IMG/VR virus record: IMGVR_UViG_3300049491_000181
Span: 1 to 56,132 of that record
Source: a virus
Taxonomy: Duplodnaviria; Caudoviricetes
Strand: one strand, 5' to 3'
DNA: 56,132 nucleotides
Part shown: positions 26,299 through 35,778 of the stretch, piece by piece
Layout of the letters: every line of letters starts with the position of its first letter
Numbering within the stretch: the first letter of the stretch is position 1
Program-made: the position numbers and the translations under genes
Notes under the pieces: generated by a model
Database searches by the model: none
What the model saw: only the letters and a program-made list of their open reading frames with translations
Told to the model about the DNA's origin: nothing

Positions 26299-26528
26299 AG
26301 TACCTTCTCCCAGATTGCCACGCGACCCGGCGCGTACTTCGCTTGATAAATCTGCGGCCCGTCATCACCGGTATTTACGCAGCGCCATGTGGTGCTGAAG
26401 TGGTTACTTTTGCCTTGTCGGCCGGCCGCAGCCTTCGCCTTCGTCAATGTTTCGTAGCCCTCGGCATACGTTTCAAAGCGGCCGTTTATGGTCCGTTCGA
26501 TGTACCAATCGCCTGTCTTGCGCATCAT
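26295..26528 (-). CDS. Hypothetical protein (77 aa)
   Basis: GGAG RBS; TLTKAKAAA motif. Confidence 0.6.
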   Translation of the reverse strand: MMRKTGDWYIERTINGRFETYAEGYETLTKAKAAAGRQGKSNHFSTTWRCVNTGDDGPQIYQAKYAPGRVAIWEKVL

Positions 26529-26541
26529 ATTCTCCGATTCT

Positions 26542-26564
26542 AAAAACCGGGGCCGAAGCCCCGG
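26542..26564 (-). terminator. Intrinsic terminator
   Basis: CCGGGGCTTCGGCCCCGG followed by TTTTT on the minus strand. Confidence 0.8.
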
Positions 26565-26570
26565 GGTGTT

Positions 26571-26765
26571 TCACTTGCGGCGTCTTTGACCGACTACCAT
26601 GCCGGCCGAGAATGCCGCCTCTAGTGCCGCCTTGATCGACCAGACCGGCTTCGTGTGGAAGTCCAGACGGTCGGAGCGGCGAGACTCCAGGGTTGAAAGG
26701 TCAAGGTATCGGGCGGCGATTATCTCAATCGCACTTTCCATTTCCTTGGCCTCTGGTTCAGTCAT
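26571..26765 (-). CDS. DUF6900-like early protein (64 aa)
   Basis: IAARYL.LSTLESRRSDRLDFH...VWSIKAALEAAF.AG. Confidence 0.75.
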   Translation of the reverse strand: MTEPEAKEMESAIEIIAARYLDLSTLESRRSDRLDFHTKPVWSIKAALEAAFSAGMVVGQRRRK

Positions 26766-26803
26766 GGTCTGCCTTTCTGTGAGTACCGGAAACCGGTGTT
26801 GCC

Positions 26804-26832
26804 AGTGTACGGCGTACCAACGGACTACGCAA
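26804..26832 (-). promoter_or_regulatory. Early promoter TTGCGT-17-TACACT
   Basis: Same -10 and CAGAAAGGCAGA leader as the other early units. Confidence 0.6.
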
Positions 26833-26972
26833 TTAATTTCGCCATCAACAGGTCGGCCAGTCGCACGGCGAGGCCGGGGCAACAATCGTGGTATTCGTGC
26901 GGCGCCATCAACGGAGGCGGACCGGCCGCCAATAGTCCGTTCATGGCCAGCATGGCCGCAGCTGCCCGTAGG

Positions 26973-27380
26973 TCATTCTGCGGGGGTGCCGGTGCCGGGG
27001 TCGTCTTCAGCGGGTGTCGGGTGATCATGTGGTGCCCAAATGTGGAATATGGAGGTCGGACCCGTGGGCCGAAGCGGCGGGGCGGTCAGGGCGTTGTGCC
27101 TGATGACCACCGCACCGGTGATACTGTTGGGCGATGGGGAATCTTTGCCGGTCAACGCCCTGTCAACCCAGAGCTGCGCCGTGTGCCGGTGTTGTGTGGT
27201 CGCCCATCGGGAAACGATGGAGCTGCCGACGCTGACAACGTAACCCAGGCGCCGCAGCCGGCGTAGGTGTGTCAGCGCCGACGATTTGGTAATACCCATG
27301 AACTTCGCAACCTGAAGGCTTGTAAGCCCATCGGGCCACTCATCCATGAACATCACCACTAACCGCAGATCACGTGCCAC
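26973..27380 (-). CDS. Winged-HTH DNA-binding protein (~135 aa)
   Basis: LTSLQVAKFMGITKSSALTHLRRLRRLGYV. Confidence 0.65.
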   Translation of the reverse strand: MARDLRLVVMFMDEWPDGLTSLQVAKFMGITKSSALTHLRRLRRLGYVVSVGSSIVSRWATTQHRHTAQLWVDRALTGKDSPSPNSITGAVVIRHNALTAPPLRPTGPTSIFHIWAPHDHPTPAEDDPGTGTPAE

Positions 27381-27386
27381 GACGCA

Positions 27387-28244
27387 TCAATACTCGATGT
27401 CGTCATCCTCACCCGGCTGGCGGTCAGGTGGCTCCCCATTGGGGGCCGGTTGGCCTGCCGCATCCGGCGCCTTGCTCATGTCCGCCTTCACCGCCCCGGA
27501 CATGATCGAGTTCTTGAATTCCTTGGCCGCCACGTAGACCGGGTCTGCGTTGCCGCCCAGATATCCAGCGTGCTCGAACTTCCATCCCATCCAACTGCCC
27601 TTGTCGTTGGATTCCGGCACCGTGGTCACGTGCCACTTGCTTGCGAACATGGCCGGCGTGATCAGCGTGCCGTCGCTCTTCTTGAGCTTCAACAGGTTCT
27701 GCTGCATCAACCACTGCTTGCCCTTCTTGATCTGGGTCGAGGTCATCGTCAGCACGGCCGGCGTCGGTGTCCCATCGGCGTCGAGCGTCATCACGTAGAA
27801 CGTGCGGGTGTCGTTCAGTTGGTTGCCGTTCGGGAGAATGCTCCGGTTCTTGTCATCGAGCATCGTCGTTTCCATCAGGCCCGGCTCGGGCTTGTGTTCA
27901 CGGACGAAACCGCCGCCGTTCTCGCGCAGCCGCCATTCGATGAACGACCGGGTGTACGCGCAAGGCACCACAATCAGCGGTGTCTTCTGCGTATCGATGA
28001 CCGTGCCGGTGACGGTGTTAAACAGCATCCCCTCCGCCGCCCCCTCCACATAGGCCCCCTCGCTGCGTTTGCACTGAGGACTGCCAGATTGAAGGATGGC
28101 AATGAATGGGATCGCCATGTCATCACGGTCGAGCCCCTCGAAACCAACGCCCGCGTCTGCGGCGAAGTCGTCACCGGCCGGTGCGGTCTGCAAGACCGTG
28201 TTGGTCGGTGTGGTGATTTCAGACTTATTCTGCTTGTTGCTCAT
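27387..28244 (-). CDS. Putative ssDNA-binding/annealing protein (285 aa)
   Basis: DMAIPFIAILQSGSPQ, MTSTQIKKGKQW, NDKGSW motifs; acidic C-tail EDDDIEY. Confidence 0.65.
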   Translation of the reverse strand: MSNKQNKSEITTPTNTVLQTAPAGDDFAADAGVGFEGLDRDDMAIPFIAILQSGSPQCKRSEGAYVEGAAEGMLFNTVTGTVIDTQKTPLIVVPCAYTRSFIEWRLRENGGGFVREHKPEPGLMETTMLDDKNRSILPNGNQLNDTRTFYVMTLDADGTPTPAVLTMTSTQIKKGKQWLMQQNLLKLKKSDGTLITPAMFASKWHVTTVPESNDKGSWMGWKFEHAGYLGGNADPVYVAAKEFKNSIMSGAVKADMSKAPDAAGQPAPNGEPPDRQPGEDDDIEY

Positions 28245-28605
28245 TTTCTGACCTTTCGATTTGCCCTGCCTCGGGAGTGGCGGCAGGGCTTGCCACTGGA
28301 ACTACCAACACCGCACGGATGGCCGCAATGGTGTCGTCTGTCTGTTGAATCGGGCGTGTTTGCTCCCGGTGGTATTCCAGAGCATCAAGTGCCCGTTGAA
28401 GCAGCGCCATCGCGGTGTCGTGGTCAGCCTTGAGCTTGGCGATGTCCTCCACCAACCCCAAGCGCGGGCCGTGACCGTGTACGCCCAGCGCGGCCGCATG
28501 CATGTGTGTGATTAGCACGCAGGCCATCTCATAGTCGCTGCGCCGTCCTGTAGGATCGAGCCGCGCTTTACCGCGATTGAATTGGTTGCGCTTAGCTTCG
28601 CCCAT
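28225..28605 (-). CDS. Hypothetical protein (~126 aa)
   Basis: MGEAKR start; LLQRALDALE...TIAAIRAVL. Confidence 0.5.
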   Translation of the reverse strand: MGEAKRNQFNRGKARLDPTGRRSDYEMACVLITHMHAAALGVHGHGPRLGLVEDIAKLKADHDTAMALLQRALDALEYHREQTRPIQQTDDTIAAIRAVLVVPVASPAATPEAGQIERSENEQQAE

Positions 28606-28607
28606 GA

Positions 28608-29168
28608 TCACTTCGGCGCCTTGACGGTGGCTTTCTTGAATTGGAACACCGTGACGCACTCTGGCACCTTGTGGCCCGCTTCCAAGGCGTGCGACACGAT
28701 GGACTTCAGCGTTGAGTGATGTACGGTTTCACTCATCACCGCTTCGGCGTGGCGGGCCTCCAGGGCTTCGACCAGCTGCGTTTTTTCCTTGGGGGTCAGC
28801 GGTCGCATATCGACTTCCAGCGTCTGACGCACGGCCATTTCGTTGCCTGTACTTCGCAGCCAATCATAGGCCGCAGGGCGATTAGCCACGGAGACACTGA
28901 CCTTGATATCCGACTTCACCACCAACCGCGAACCATCCTCCAGGCCCAGGTCGGTCAGCCCTGCCTCTGCCATCGCCTCGGGTACCTGCTCCAGTTCGAG
29001 TCGGGCGAGCTTACCCTGTTCGATGGTCAACTCGGCCTCCAGCCTGGCCACCAAGACCGATTGCGCCCGCAGCCGCTCGGCCCATTGGGCCACGGTGTTG
29101 AGGACCGTGGCCGGGGTTTCCTGTTCGACATCGGCGGCGAGGTCGTCAGCGAGCGTTGCCGTATTCAT
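28608..29168 (-). CDS. Conserved replication-cluster coiled-coil protein (186 aa)
   Basis: VPEAMAEAG..L.LEDG, AYDWLRS.G, VHHSTLKS motifs, upstream of the SSB-like gene. Confidence 0.7.
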   Translation of the reverse strand: MNTATLADDLAADVEQETPATVLNTVAQWAERLRAQSVLVARLEAELTIEQGKLARLELEQVPEAMAEAGLTDLGLEDGSRLVVKSDIKVSVSVANRPAAYDWLRSTGNEMAVRQTLEVDMRPLTPKEKTQLVEALEARHAEAVMSETVHHSTLKSIVSHALEAGHKVPECVTVFQFKKATVKAPK

Positions 29169-29550
29169 GTTTTCTGTGTCCTGTTGGTGTGTGGGTGTCA
29201 ATGTGGGCGGATTCAAACTCAATGAGGGCACGGCGCACGGCCTCCGTGGCCTGATTGACTGCGGTTGCAGTCGATGACGCGCTCTGCTTGACCAGTTCCA
29301 GCCGGGCCGTGGCGGCGTCATACTTCGCCGCCGCCACGGCGTACCGGTCGGTCCGACTCGGGCGGTAGTCGGAGACCCGGCGCAGGCTTGTGGCGAATTC
29401 GCGGATTGTGTTGCGCAGCGCCCGGGCCGATGCTTCGTCGTCACAATCGAAGGTGGCGTGCTGGTGCCCGTCGTCACTGTGAACCGTGACCGTGAACCCG
29501 TTACGGTCGTTCGCCGGGTCCATGTAGCACTGCTGTGTTGACTTCAACAT
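29146..29550 (-). CDS. Hypothetical protein (134 aa)
   Basis: AGAAAGG RBS. Confidence 0.55.
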   Translation of the reverse strand: MLKSTQQCYMDPANDRNGFTVTVHSDDGHQHATFDCDDEASARALRNTIREFATSLRRVSDYRPSRTDRYAVAAAKYDAATARLELVKQSASSTATAVNQATEAVRRALIEFESAHIDTHTPTGHRKHEYGNAR

Positions 29551-29552
29551 TT

Positions 29553-29765
29553 CTAACCTTTCTCTGCCGGGAAGATCGCGTCCCAATCCTCTTGCGTATA
29601 ACCGGTCTTGATGAACTCGCGCTGCGTCGCGTTGAGGTCGGGAAAGATTTGTTGAATGGTCCGGGAGGTCGTGCGGCCGTAGAACTCGTCCAGCTGCGCC
29701 TGCGTGATCGGCAAGTCCATCGTGTTGATGCGCCCATTCAGCGGTGACATGCGGGTGATGTTCAT
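29553..29765 (-). CDS. Conserved small phage protein (70 aa)
   Basis: SPLNG.INTMDLPIT...IQ.IFP.L...QREFIKTG.T..DW. Confidence 0.7.
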   Translation of the reverse strand: MNITRMSPLNGRINTMDLPITQAQLDEFYGRTTSRTIQQIFPDLNATQREFIKTGYTQEDWDAIFPAEKG

Positions 29766-29768
29766 GGG

Positions 29769-30131
29769 TCAAACAGTTGCGGTCAGCCGCCCGTGAATGT
29801 CGATGGTCACCGCGTTGTATGCCCTCACCTTGCGGTCCCACACCAGCAGCGGGACGACCCCGTCATTGACCTCGCTGACCATCGCGGCGGCCATGGCGAT
29901 CACGGCCGGGTCGCCCAGGCACAGCAAGTGGTCGCGGTCGGTGAAGCCCCGGAGTTTGTTGCGGAGTTGTTCCAGCGCCGGACCGGTGGTGATCAGCTGC
30001 GGACCACTCGGCAACAGCACGTGCAGTTCGCCGTATTGGCGGGCACTGGTCAGGTCGAAGGTGTGGACCAGTTGGCCGCTGTCGTGGTCTCGACGCATCG
30101 GGTTCTGCGTCACGTAAACAATGGAGTTCAT
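29769..30131 (-). CDS. Conserved phage protein (120 aa)
   Basis: A.QYGEL..LLP...DHLLCLGDP...LLVWDR...Y family motif. Confidence 0.7.
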   Translation of the reverse strand: MNSIVYVTQNPMRRDHDSGQLVHTFDLTSARQYGELHVLLPSGPQLITTGPALEQLRNKLRGFTDRDHLLCLGDPAVIAMAAAMVSEVNDGVVPLLVWDRKVRAYNAVTIDIHGRLTATV

Positions 30132-30211
30132 GTTTTGCTTTCTCAGTTGGTGGATTGTGGATTATCGGGCGGGGTTTGTGTTGCTGAATTTGGGAGGCGC
30201 TGGTGTATCGC

Positions 30212-30535
30212 TCATGGTTGCGCGCCCCTAGCGGCGTCGAGCGCGCGCAGTTCTGGCACGGCTCGCTCGCATTCATCCACCAACACAGCGGCCGTCAGCA
30301 CATCGAACGGGCGATCAGCCTGCGTGCATCTGCGGTGGATTGATCCAAGCGCAGCCCGCAGCCGCGCCACTAGGTCCGACAGCGCCGTCAAAAGCTCCCG
30401 CTCTGCGGCTAGTGCTGCCTGCCATGCGACCCAGCACCAATCCGTACCAAGTTCGTCGGACGTGACATTGAGCCACCACACATTGAACGATTTACGGTCT
30501 GCGTCGTCAGGCGTTTCTTCGGTCATGGCGGTCAT
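30212..30535 (-). CDS. Hypothetical protein (107 aa)
   Basis: ATGA coupling to the helicase; F..WW...AWQAA motif. Confidence 0.55.
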   Translation of the reverse strand: MTAMTEETPDDADRKSFNVWWLNVTSDELGTDWCWVAWQAALAAERELLTALSDLVARLRAALGSIHRRCTQADRPFDVLTAAVLVDECERAVPELRALDAARGAQP

Positions 30536-32067
30536 ATCCATTGCCTTGTGATGTTGCGACGCAGAACCTGCTCGTGTACGTCTTCGGCGGTCTGCATACA
30601 CCGGACGATGTCTGCGTCGATGGTGTTCGTTGCCATCAGGTCGATTGTGTTGATGACCGGACTGCCACCGGTGCGAGCGGCTCGTGCTATGGCTTGCTCG
30701 CGATCCAAGTAAGAATAATCGTTGCTGTAAAAGATCATGTATCGGCAGACCGCCTGAAGACCATCGAGGCCCGTGCCGCCTGACTTCTGCTGACCTACAA
30801 AGTAGCGGCAACTCGGGTCGGTGATGAATGTGGCCTTGGATTCGGCGCGTTGCTTCGCCTTGATGTCGCCGTGATATTCGACAGTTGATGTTGCGCCGTA
30901 TTGCTCCCGCATGGCTGCGGCAATGCCGCGCAACTCCGCTTTGTACTTTGCCCAGATGATGACCTTATCCCCCTGGCCAATTTCATCCAGCACGTTTAGT
31001 AGCTCTGCCAATTTCGGGTTTACACCCGCAATCGGCACAGCCCTCGGATCATCATCACTCGGGCAATAGCCGCCTGTTACCTGCGCAAGACGGGTGGCGA
31101 GGGCCAGCGTTCCTTCAGCGGTCAACATACCACCCGGCGCCTCTGTAATCCCGACCTCTTTCAGCTCATCATACAAACGCTGTTGGTCCGGCGTGAGGTG
31201 TACGAATCGGGTGCTGGCCATGATGACCGGCTCAGTACCGCTGACATCCTCCAAGGTCATGAACGATGACCAGGGCTCCAGCTGCTTGCGTAGGTGGCCC
31301 AGATTCTTGTAAATCGGCGCGCCGGTGTCTTCGTAGCGGGCCTGTATCTGCGGATTCACACGCTTCTTTGTACGCTCGAAAAAGTCACGGGCAACTTTCT
31401 TCACGAGGCCGTTTGTCGGTGGGAGCATTTCGGCATACATGCTTTTGAATGTTGGGAACGTGCCTGCGCCTAGCAGGTTCGTTCCCAACAACTCAAACTG
31501 CCCGTATGCCGAGAACGGGTTTTGCCGGACCAGGGTACCGGTGGCGATGCGCCGATAGGTCGCCATGCGGATCAGCTTGAACGTCGCTTTGTACCCGGCA
31601 CTGCGGATGTTGCTGACCCGGTGCGACTCATCGACGGCGACCATGGCGGTTCCTGGGTGGGCCTTGATGAACGCCCAGGCCATGTCGCTGCCGCGCTTGG
31701 TTTGTAGGCCCTCGAAACTGATGGTCAGGATTCGCAGGCACTTGTCCTTCGTGCGCAACTGCCGCTCGAGTTGTTCGTAAGCACGTTTTCCCATCCCGGT
31801 CGTGTAGGCGCCGCCCGTCCAGGGAACATCGAGGCTGATGTGATCGGGGATGGCGGGCTGCGCCCATTGTTCGTGTACGCCGTTCGGTGCAACGACGATC
31901 AAGCAGCTGATTTTGCCGTGGGCGTACAGCAACCCGGCGTGATCAATGATCATCTTCGACTTGCCCGTGCCCGGTCGGCACAACAGGGCGTGAACCGGCC
32001 GGTGCCAGTTGTCCGCGATGACCGTGGCCTGTTTGCCTAGCGGGGGCATTCTGTAGCGGTACTCCAT
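30532..32067 (-). CDS. SNF2-family (SF2) DNA helicase (511 aa)
   Basis: PGTGKS, VDESH, ATGT, NPKL, KVIIW, GGTGL, QAIARAARTG; CCCAGAAAG leader before ATG 32067. Confidence 0.9.
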   Translation of the reverse strand: MEYRYRMPPLGKQATVIADNWHRPVHALLCRPGTGKSKMIIDHAGLLYAHGKISCLIVVAPNGVHEQWAQPAIPDHISLDVPWTGGAYTTGMGKRAYEQLERQLRTKDKCLRILTISFEGLQTKRGSDMAWAFIKAHPGTAMVAVDESHRVSNIRSAGYKATFKLIRMATYRRIATGTLVRQNPFSAYGQFELLGTNLLGAGTFPTFKSMYAEMLPPTNGLVKKVARDFFERTKKRVNPQIQARYEDTGAPIYKNLGHLRKQLEPWSSFMTLEDVSGTEPVIMASTRFVHLTPDQQRLYDELKEVGITEAPGGMLTAEGTLALATRLAQVTGGYCPSDDDPRAVPIAGVNPKLAELLNVLDEIGQGDKVIIWAKYKAELRGIAAAMREQYGATSTVEYHGDIKAKQRAESKATFITDPSCRYFVGQQKSGGTGLDGLQAVCRYMIFYSNDYSYLDREQAIARAARTGGSPVINTIDLMATNTIDADIVRCMQTAEDVHEQVLRRNITRQWI

Positions 32068-32095
32068 GTCTCTGCTTTCTGGGTGTTCGGGTTCC

Positions 32096-32134
32096 ACTTT
32101 ACACCAACGCACGAGCGTGCTTGTTGCCTGAAAT
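32096..32134 (-). promoter_or_regulatory. Candidate promoter ATTTCAGGCA-N10-TCGTGC-N7-TAAAGT in the divergent helicase/primase gap
   Basis: Matches the 21363-21400 motif. Confidence 0.5.
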
Positions 32135-32218
32135 AGTTGTAAACCCCAATCGGACCACACTTTCGGGGATGGTTGGTGTAACCTACACGCCCGACCCCCA
32201 ACCCCAGAAAGAAAGACC

Positions 32219-33169
32219 ATGCCCGACCTCTCGGCGATATCAAACGCTGATGTGTTAGAGGCCCTGTTCGTGGGCATGCCGCCCGATCAACGGGCCGTGA
32301 TGTGCTCACTGAAGGATGACCCAGGAACCGCCCCCGGCTACGCTTGGGGTGGTTATCCGTGGGCGCGTGGGACGCCGTGCGCGTTACCACCATCCCGCAA
32401 CAACTACGTAGCCGTTTCAGCCTTTGGTGCTGCTGAAGACGGGAAGTATCGCCGGCGCAAAGATCAGTTTCGGGCGCTGTATGTGGTCATGGTCGATGAC
32501 ATCGGGACCAAGCTTGAACGTTCGGCTTTGCCGGACGCTTCAAGACTTGCGCCCTCCATGGCGGTGGAGACAAGTCCCGGCAACTATCAGGTCACGTACT
32601 TTCTTGAGCGGCCTGTGCCTGACCAGGACTATGCTGAGGACGCAATCAGGCAAATGATTCACCGCTTGACCGGGGGCGGTCTTGATCCGGGGATGGCTGG
32701 GGTCACACGGGTACTTCGCTTGCCCATTGGCATCAATGGGAAAGTGAAGTACATGCGTGACGGCCAAGTGTGGAACACGAGGTTGGTTTACTGGAGACCG
32801 GACATTAGAGCACCGTGGGAGCTACTGTGCGACCTCTTTGGTGTTGTTCGCCGCGGCCGGGTCAAGCGGGAAGCTGCTGACGGGGTACAGGTTGAACGCA
32901 AGCGGTGCTTTGACCTTGTGATGCAGGGGCTGGAGTCGCTGCGGGCGATTCGCGGGCGTGCCCGTGGCTGGTGTGATATCAGGTGCCCTTGGATACGTGA
33001 CCACACTGACCGGAACGACACCGGGGCTGCGGTGGCCTATCCTGCCGACGCTAATGGGTGGTATGGCGGGTTCCGGTGCCACCACGGGCACTGCGCCGGT
33101 CACGGGTGGGGTGATCTTGAGGATTGGGTCTTTGATCAGGTAATCAAACAAGGACGGGCGATGCGATGA
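32219..33169 (+). CDS. RepB-type DNA primase (316 aa)
   Basis: VMVDDIGTK, ETSPGNYQ, R.LRLPIG.NGK, C-terminal CPW..H...FRCHHGHC. Confidence 0.85.
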   Translation: MPDLSAISNADVLEALFVGMPPDQRAVMCSLKDDPGTAPGYAWGGYPWARGTPCALPPSRNNYVAVSAFGAAEDGKYRRRKDQFRALYVVMVDDIGTKLERSALPDASRLAPSMAVETSPGNYQVTYFLERPVPDQDYAEDAIRQMIHRLTGGGLDPGMAGVTRVLRLPIGINGKVKYMRDGQVWNTRLVYWRPDIRAPWELLCDLFGVVRRGRVKREAADGVQVERKRCFDLVMQGLESLRAIRGRARGWCDIRCPWIRDHTDRNDTGAAVAYPADANGWYGGFRCHHGHCAGHGWGDLEDWVFDQVIKQGRAMR

Positions 33170-34944
33170 CAACTACACCGTTTGATGGGATGGGTGAAGC
33201 GTATGACGAGCAACGGCGACACGCCCCTATAGGGGACGTGCCACCGTTGGACGCCCCCAACATAGAACGCGGCTACGAGATTCAAGGCGCCGGGATCACC
33301 GACCGAATGGTCGTACATCGACTGTACGCCCGATATGCTGACAACTTTGTTTGTGCCGATGGGACGTTGTACCTCATCAACCCCCATACCCGGCACTGGA
33401 TGACCAGCAACCTTGATAAGCACTTCAAAGCCTACGCCATGGCGGCGTCGAATATGTATCACGAGGAATATGCGGGAACGGTTGCCGCCCTGGCACTTCT
33501 ACAGGATGGGGCACCGGGGGCTGACGTTCGGCGAGAGCAACTAACAGCACAACGGGGTGCGGCACTCGGGATGATCAAGCTCTTGGAGAAGGGCTCTGTC
33601 ATGAAGACCGTGGCGCAATTCCTTGAGGCGTTGGTGATGGCGAACAAGGCACGCACGCCGGTGACGATGGACCCGGTGCGGTCGGTGCTTTCTTGTGCGA
33701 ATGGGGTTGTTGACCTCAACTCTGGAGAATTGAGGTACGCCACACCTGAAGATCGGCTTACAAGATGCACCGGCATCACTTACAAAAGTGATGCCGACAC
33801 ATCTTGGTGGCAAGACGTGATCCTCACCATATGCAACGGCAATGAACGCCTTGCCGAGTTCCTGCAAGTCTGGTTTGGCTACTGCGCCACCGGTGAAGTG
33901 CGTGAGCATTCAATGGTGATCCTGTACGGCGAGGGGCGCAACGGCAAGAACATCATGGTCGATGCCGTGGCGTCGGCGTTGGGTTCTTACGCGAAGGCAT
34001 TACCGCACGGATCACTTGAGGCGGGCGGGGTCGGGGCTGGCGGGATGGACAACAACAAAGCGTATATGACCGCCCAGCTGCGGGGGTCACGGATGGCGTA
34101 CACCGGGGAGACGGAGCAGGGGAGTGCGCTTAAAGAGTCGTGGATTAAAAGCCAACTCGGAGACGCGGTCCTGTCGGGCCGCGCTCCGCGTGGCGACTTT
34201 TTCGAGTTTGCTCCAACCCATAAGATCACCCTATCCACCAACAATAAGCCGAATATCCGCGGTGGTGAGCACGCCATCTGGAAGCGGTTGCACTTCGTAG
34301 AAATGCCTTTGATCTTCGGTGATGAGGCGGCGCTGCGTGATGGGATTGCACACAAACTGGCCAATGAGAAACTGCTTGAACAGGCCACGAGTTCACACGG
34401 TCGGGAGATTGTGCTTAAGTGGTTGGTCGATGGTGCCGTGAAGTATTACCGGCGCGGTCTGAAGCATTACGTACCGCCTGAAGTCAACGCGGCGACCTCG
34501 GCGGCCCGGGAGGAGCAGAACATCATCGGCATGTTTCTGCAAGAGTGTACGGTCCATGTCCCGGCGTCCGAAGTGGCCAAGATACAGGCCTTGGAGGGTG
34601 GCGGGGCGAACGCAAAAGCCTTCGCCAAGTTGACTAACCGGGAGCGTTTGCGGGTCGAGAAACGGTTGTTCTTTCGCATGTTTCAGCAGTGGTGCAACAC
34701 CCATAGTTACCCGCCCATCAAGTCCCCTGTTACCTTCATTTCCAGGTTGAAAAACACCGATAGGTCATGGCGGGCGGAGGCTGGGGAAGACCCTAAGAGG
34801 ATGCCCCGGATCGGGGATGTTTACATCTCCAGCACGAGCTTCTACCGGTACATAAAGCTGTCCGACGAGGGTTTACGCTTACAGGAAGAGGTGGTCCAAA
34901 TTGATGCCAGGGTCGCCCATCGCGGGAATTACGACGATGAATGA
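33166..34944 (+). CDS. P4/D5-family SF3 helicase (592 aa)
   Basis: CANGVVDL, LQVWFGYC.TG, GEGRNGKN Walker A, PTHKI.LSTN.KP, AIWKRL. Confidence 0.9.
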   Translation: MTTTPFDGMGEAYDEQRRHAPIGDVPPLDAPNIERGYEIQGAGITDRMVVHRLYARYADNFVCADGTLYLINPHTRHWMTSNLDKHFKAYAMAASNMYHEEYAGTVAALALLQDGAPGADVRREQLTAQRGAALGMIKLLEKGSVMKTVAQFLEALVMANKARTPVTMDPVRSVLSCANGVVDLNSGELRYATPEDRLTRCTGITYKSDADTSWWQDVILTICNGNERLAEFLQVWFGYCATGEVREHSMVILYGEGRNGKNIMVDAVASALGSYAKALPHGSLEAGGVGAGGMDNNKAYMTAQLRGSRMAYTGETEQGSALKESWIKSQLGDAVLSGRAPRGDFFEFAPTHKITLSTNNKPNIRGGEHAIWKRLHFVEMPLIFGDEAALRDGIAHKLANEKLLEQATSSHGREIVLKWLVDGAVKYYRRGLKHYVPPEVNAATSAAREEQNIIGMFLQECTVHVPASEVAKIQALEGGGANAKAFAKLTNRERLRVEKRLFFRMFQQWCNTHSYPPIKSPVTFISRLKNTDRSWRAEAGEDPKRMPRIGDVYISSTSFYRYIKLSDEGLRLQEEVVQIDARVAHRGNYDDE

Positions 34945-35123
34945 GCAAGGGTTAACCCTTCAGTGGGTACTTACTAACCGCGGGTTTACCCAGGTCTATC
35001 GGTGTACGGTGTACGGTCTAGACCCACCCCACTCTATCCGCCATATACGGGTGTGTATATGGGAAGAATGGGGAATAGGGGGTATTTGGGTACACCGTAC
35101 ACCGATGCGGTTTTACCCTTGCT
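34944..35123. other. Nested inverted-repeat region; candidate replication origin or packaging site
   Basis: Perfect 17-bp arms 34998-35014 and 35090-35106, concentric with the hairpin at 35041-35062. Confidence 0.55.
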
Positions 35124-35289
35124 ATGGAGTTCAGGCGGTTTCTGCCCTGTTTTCGTGGGCACGTAATTGCGCAGACCGCAAAAGAAAACCGATCCGGTGC
35201 GGTTTACGGCAGAAAGCCCCCGGTGTTACCCTCCGGCCCACGCTCAGGGTCGAACGTCATCGGCCCCGCAACTTGAGGCGGTGTCCCCG

Positions 35290-35775
35290 ATGTCCAAACG
35301 CAAGGCAGAAGTCCCGAGCCGGGAGCCCGGTGCGCCGTCGCTCTACGATCCGGCGATTTGCGCGCTTGTCACCGACTACTGCCTGCTTGGCGCCAAGAAT
35401 GAGGAAATCTCCCGGCTGCTGTCCATCAGCGAAGCGACGTTTGCGGACTGGTTCCGCGACAAGCCCGACTTCAGGGAGGCGGTCCAGGCCGGTCGGGCGG
35501 TGGCTGACGCCGCGGTGGCAAAAAGCCTGTACCACCGTGCCAAGGGCTACAGCTGCCCGAAGACAGTCGTCCACGTCATTGGCGGGCAGATCGTGCGCAC
35601 GGAAATCATCGAGCACTACCCGCCCGACACGGCTGCGGCATTCATCTGGCTCCAGAATCGGCGCAGGGACGATTGGAAGCAGCGTCAGGCCGATGGTGCG
35701 GAAGCGCAACCCGATGAGATTGCGGCACTGGCGCAGGATGCCATACGCCGCGCCATGGCGACGACCGAAGGCTAG
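35290..35775 (+). CDS. terS: Terminase small subunit (161 aa)
   Basis: HTH (YCLLGA..EEIS..L.ISEATF..W); SLYHRAKGY; HYPPDTAAAFIWLQNR. Confidence 0.85.
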   Translation: MSKRKAEVPSREPGAPSLYDPAICALVTDYCLLGAKNEEISRLLSISEATFADWFRDKPDFREAVQAGRAVADAAVAKSLYHRAKGYSCPKTVVHVIGGQIVRTEIIEHYPPDTAAAFIWLQNRRRDDWKQRQADGAEAQPDEIAALAQDAIRRAMATTEG

Positions 35776-35778
35776 CCG

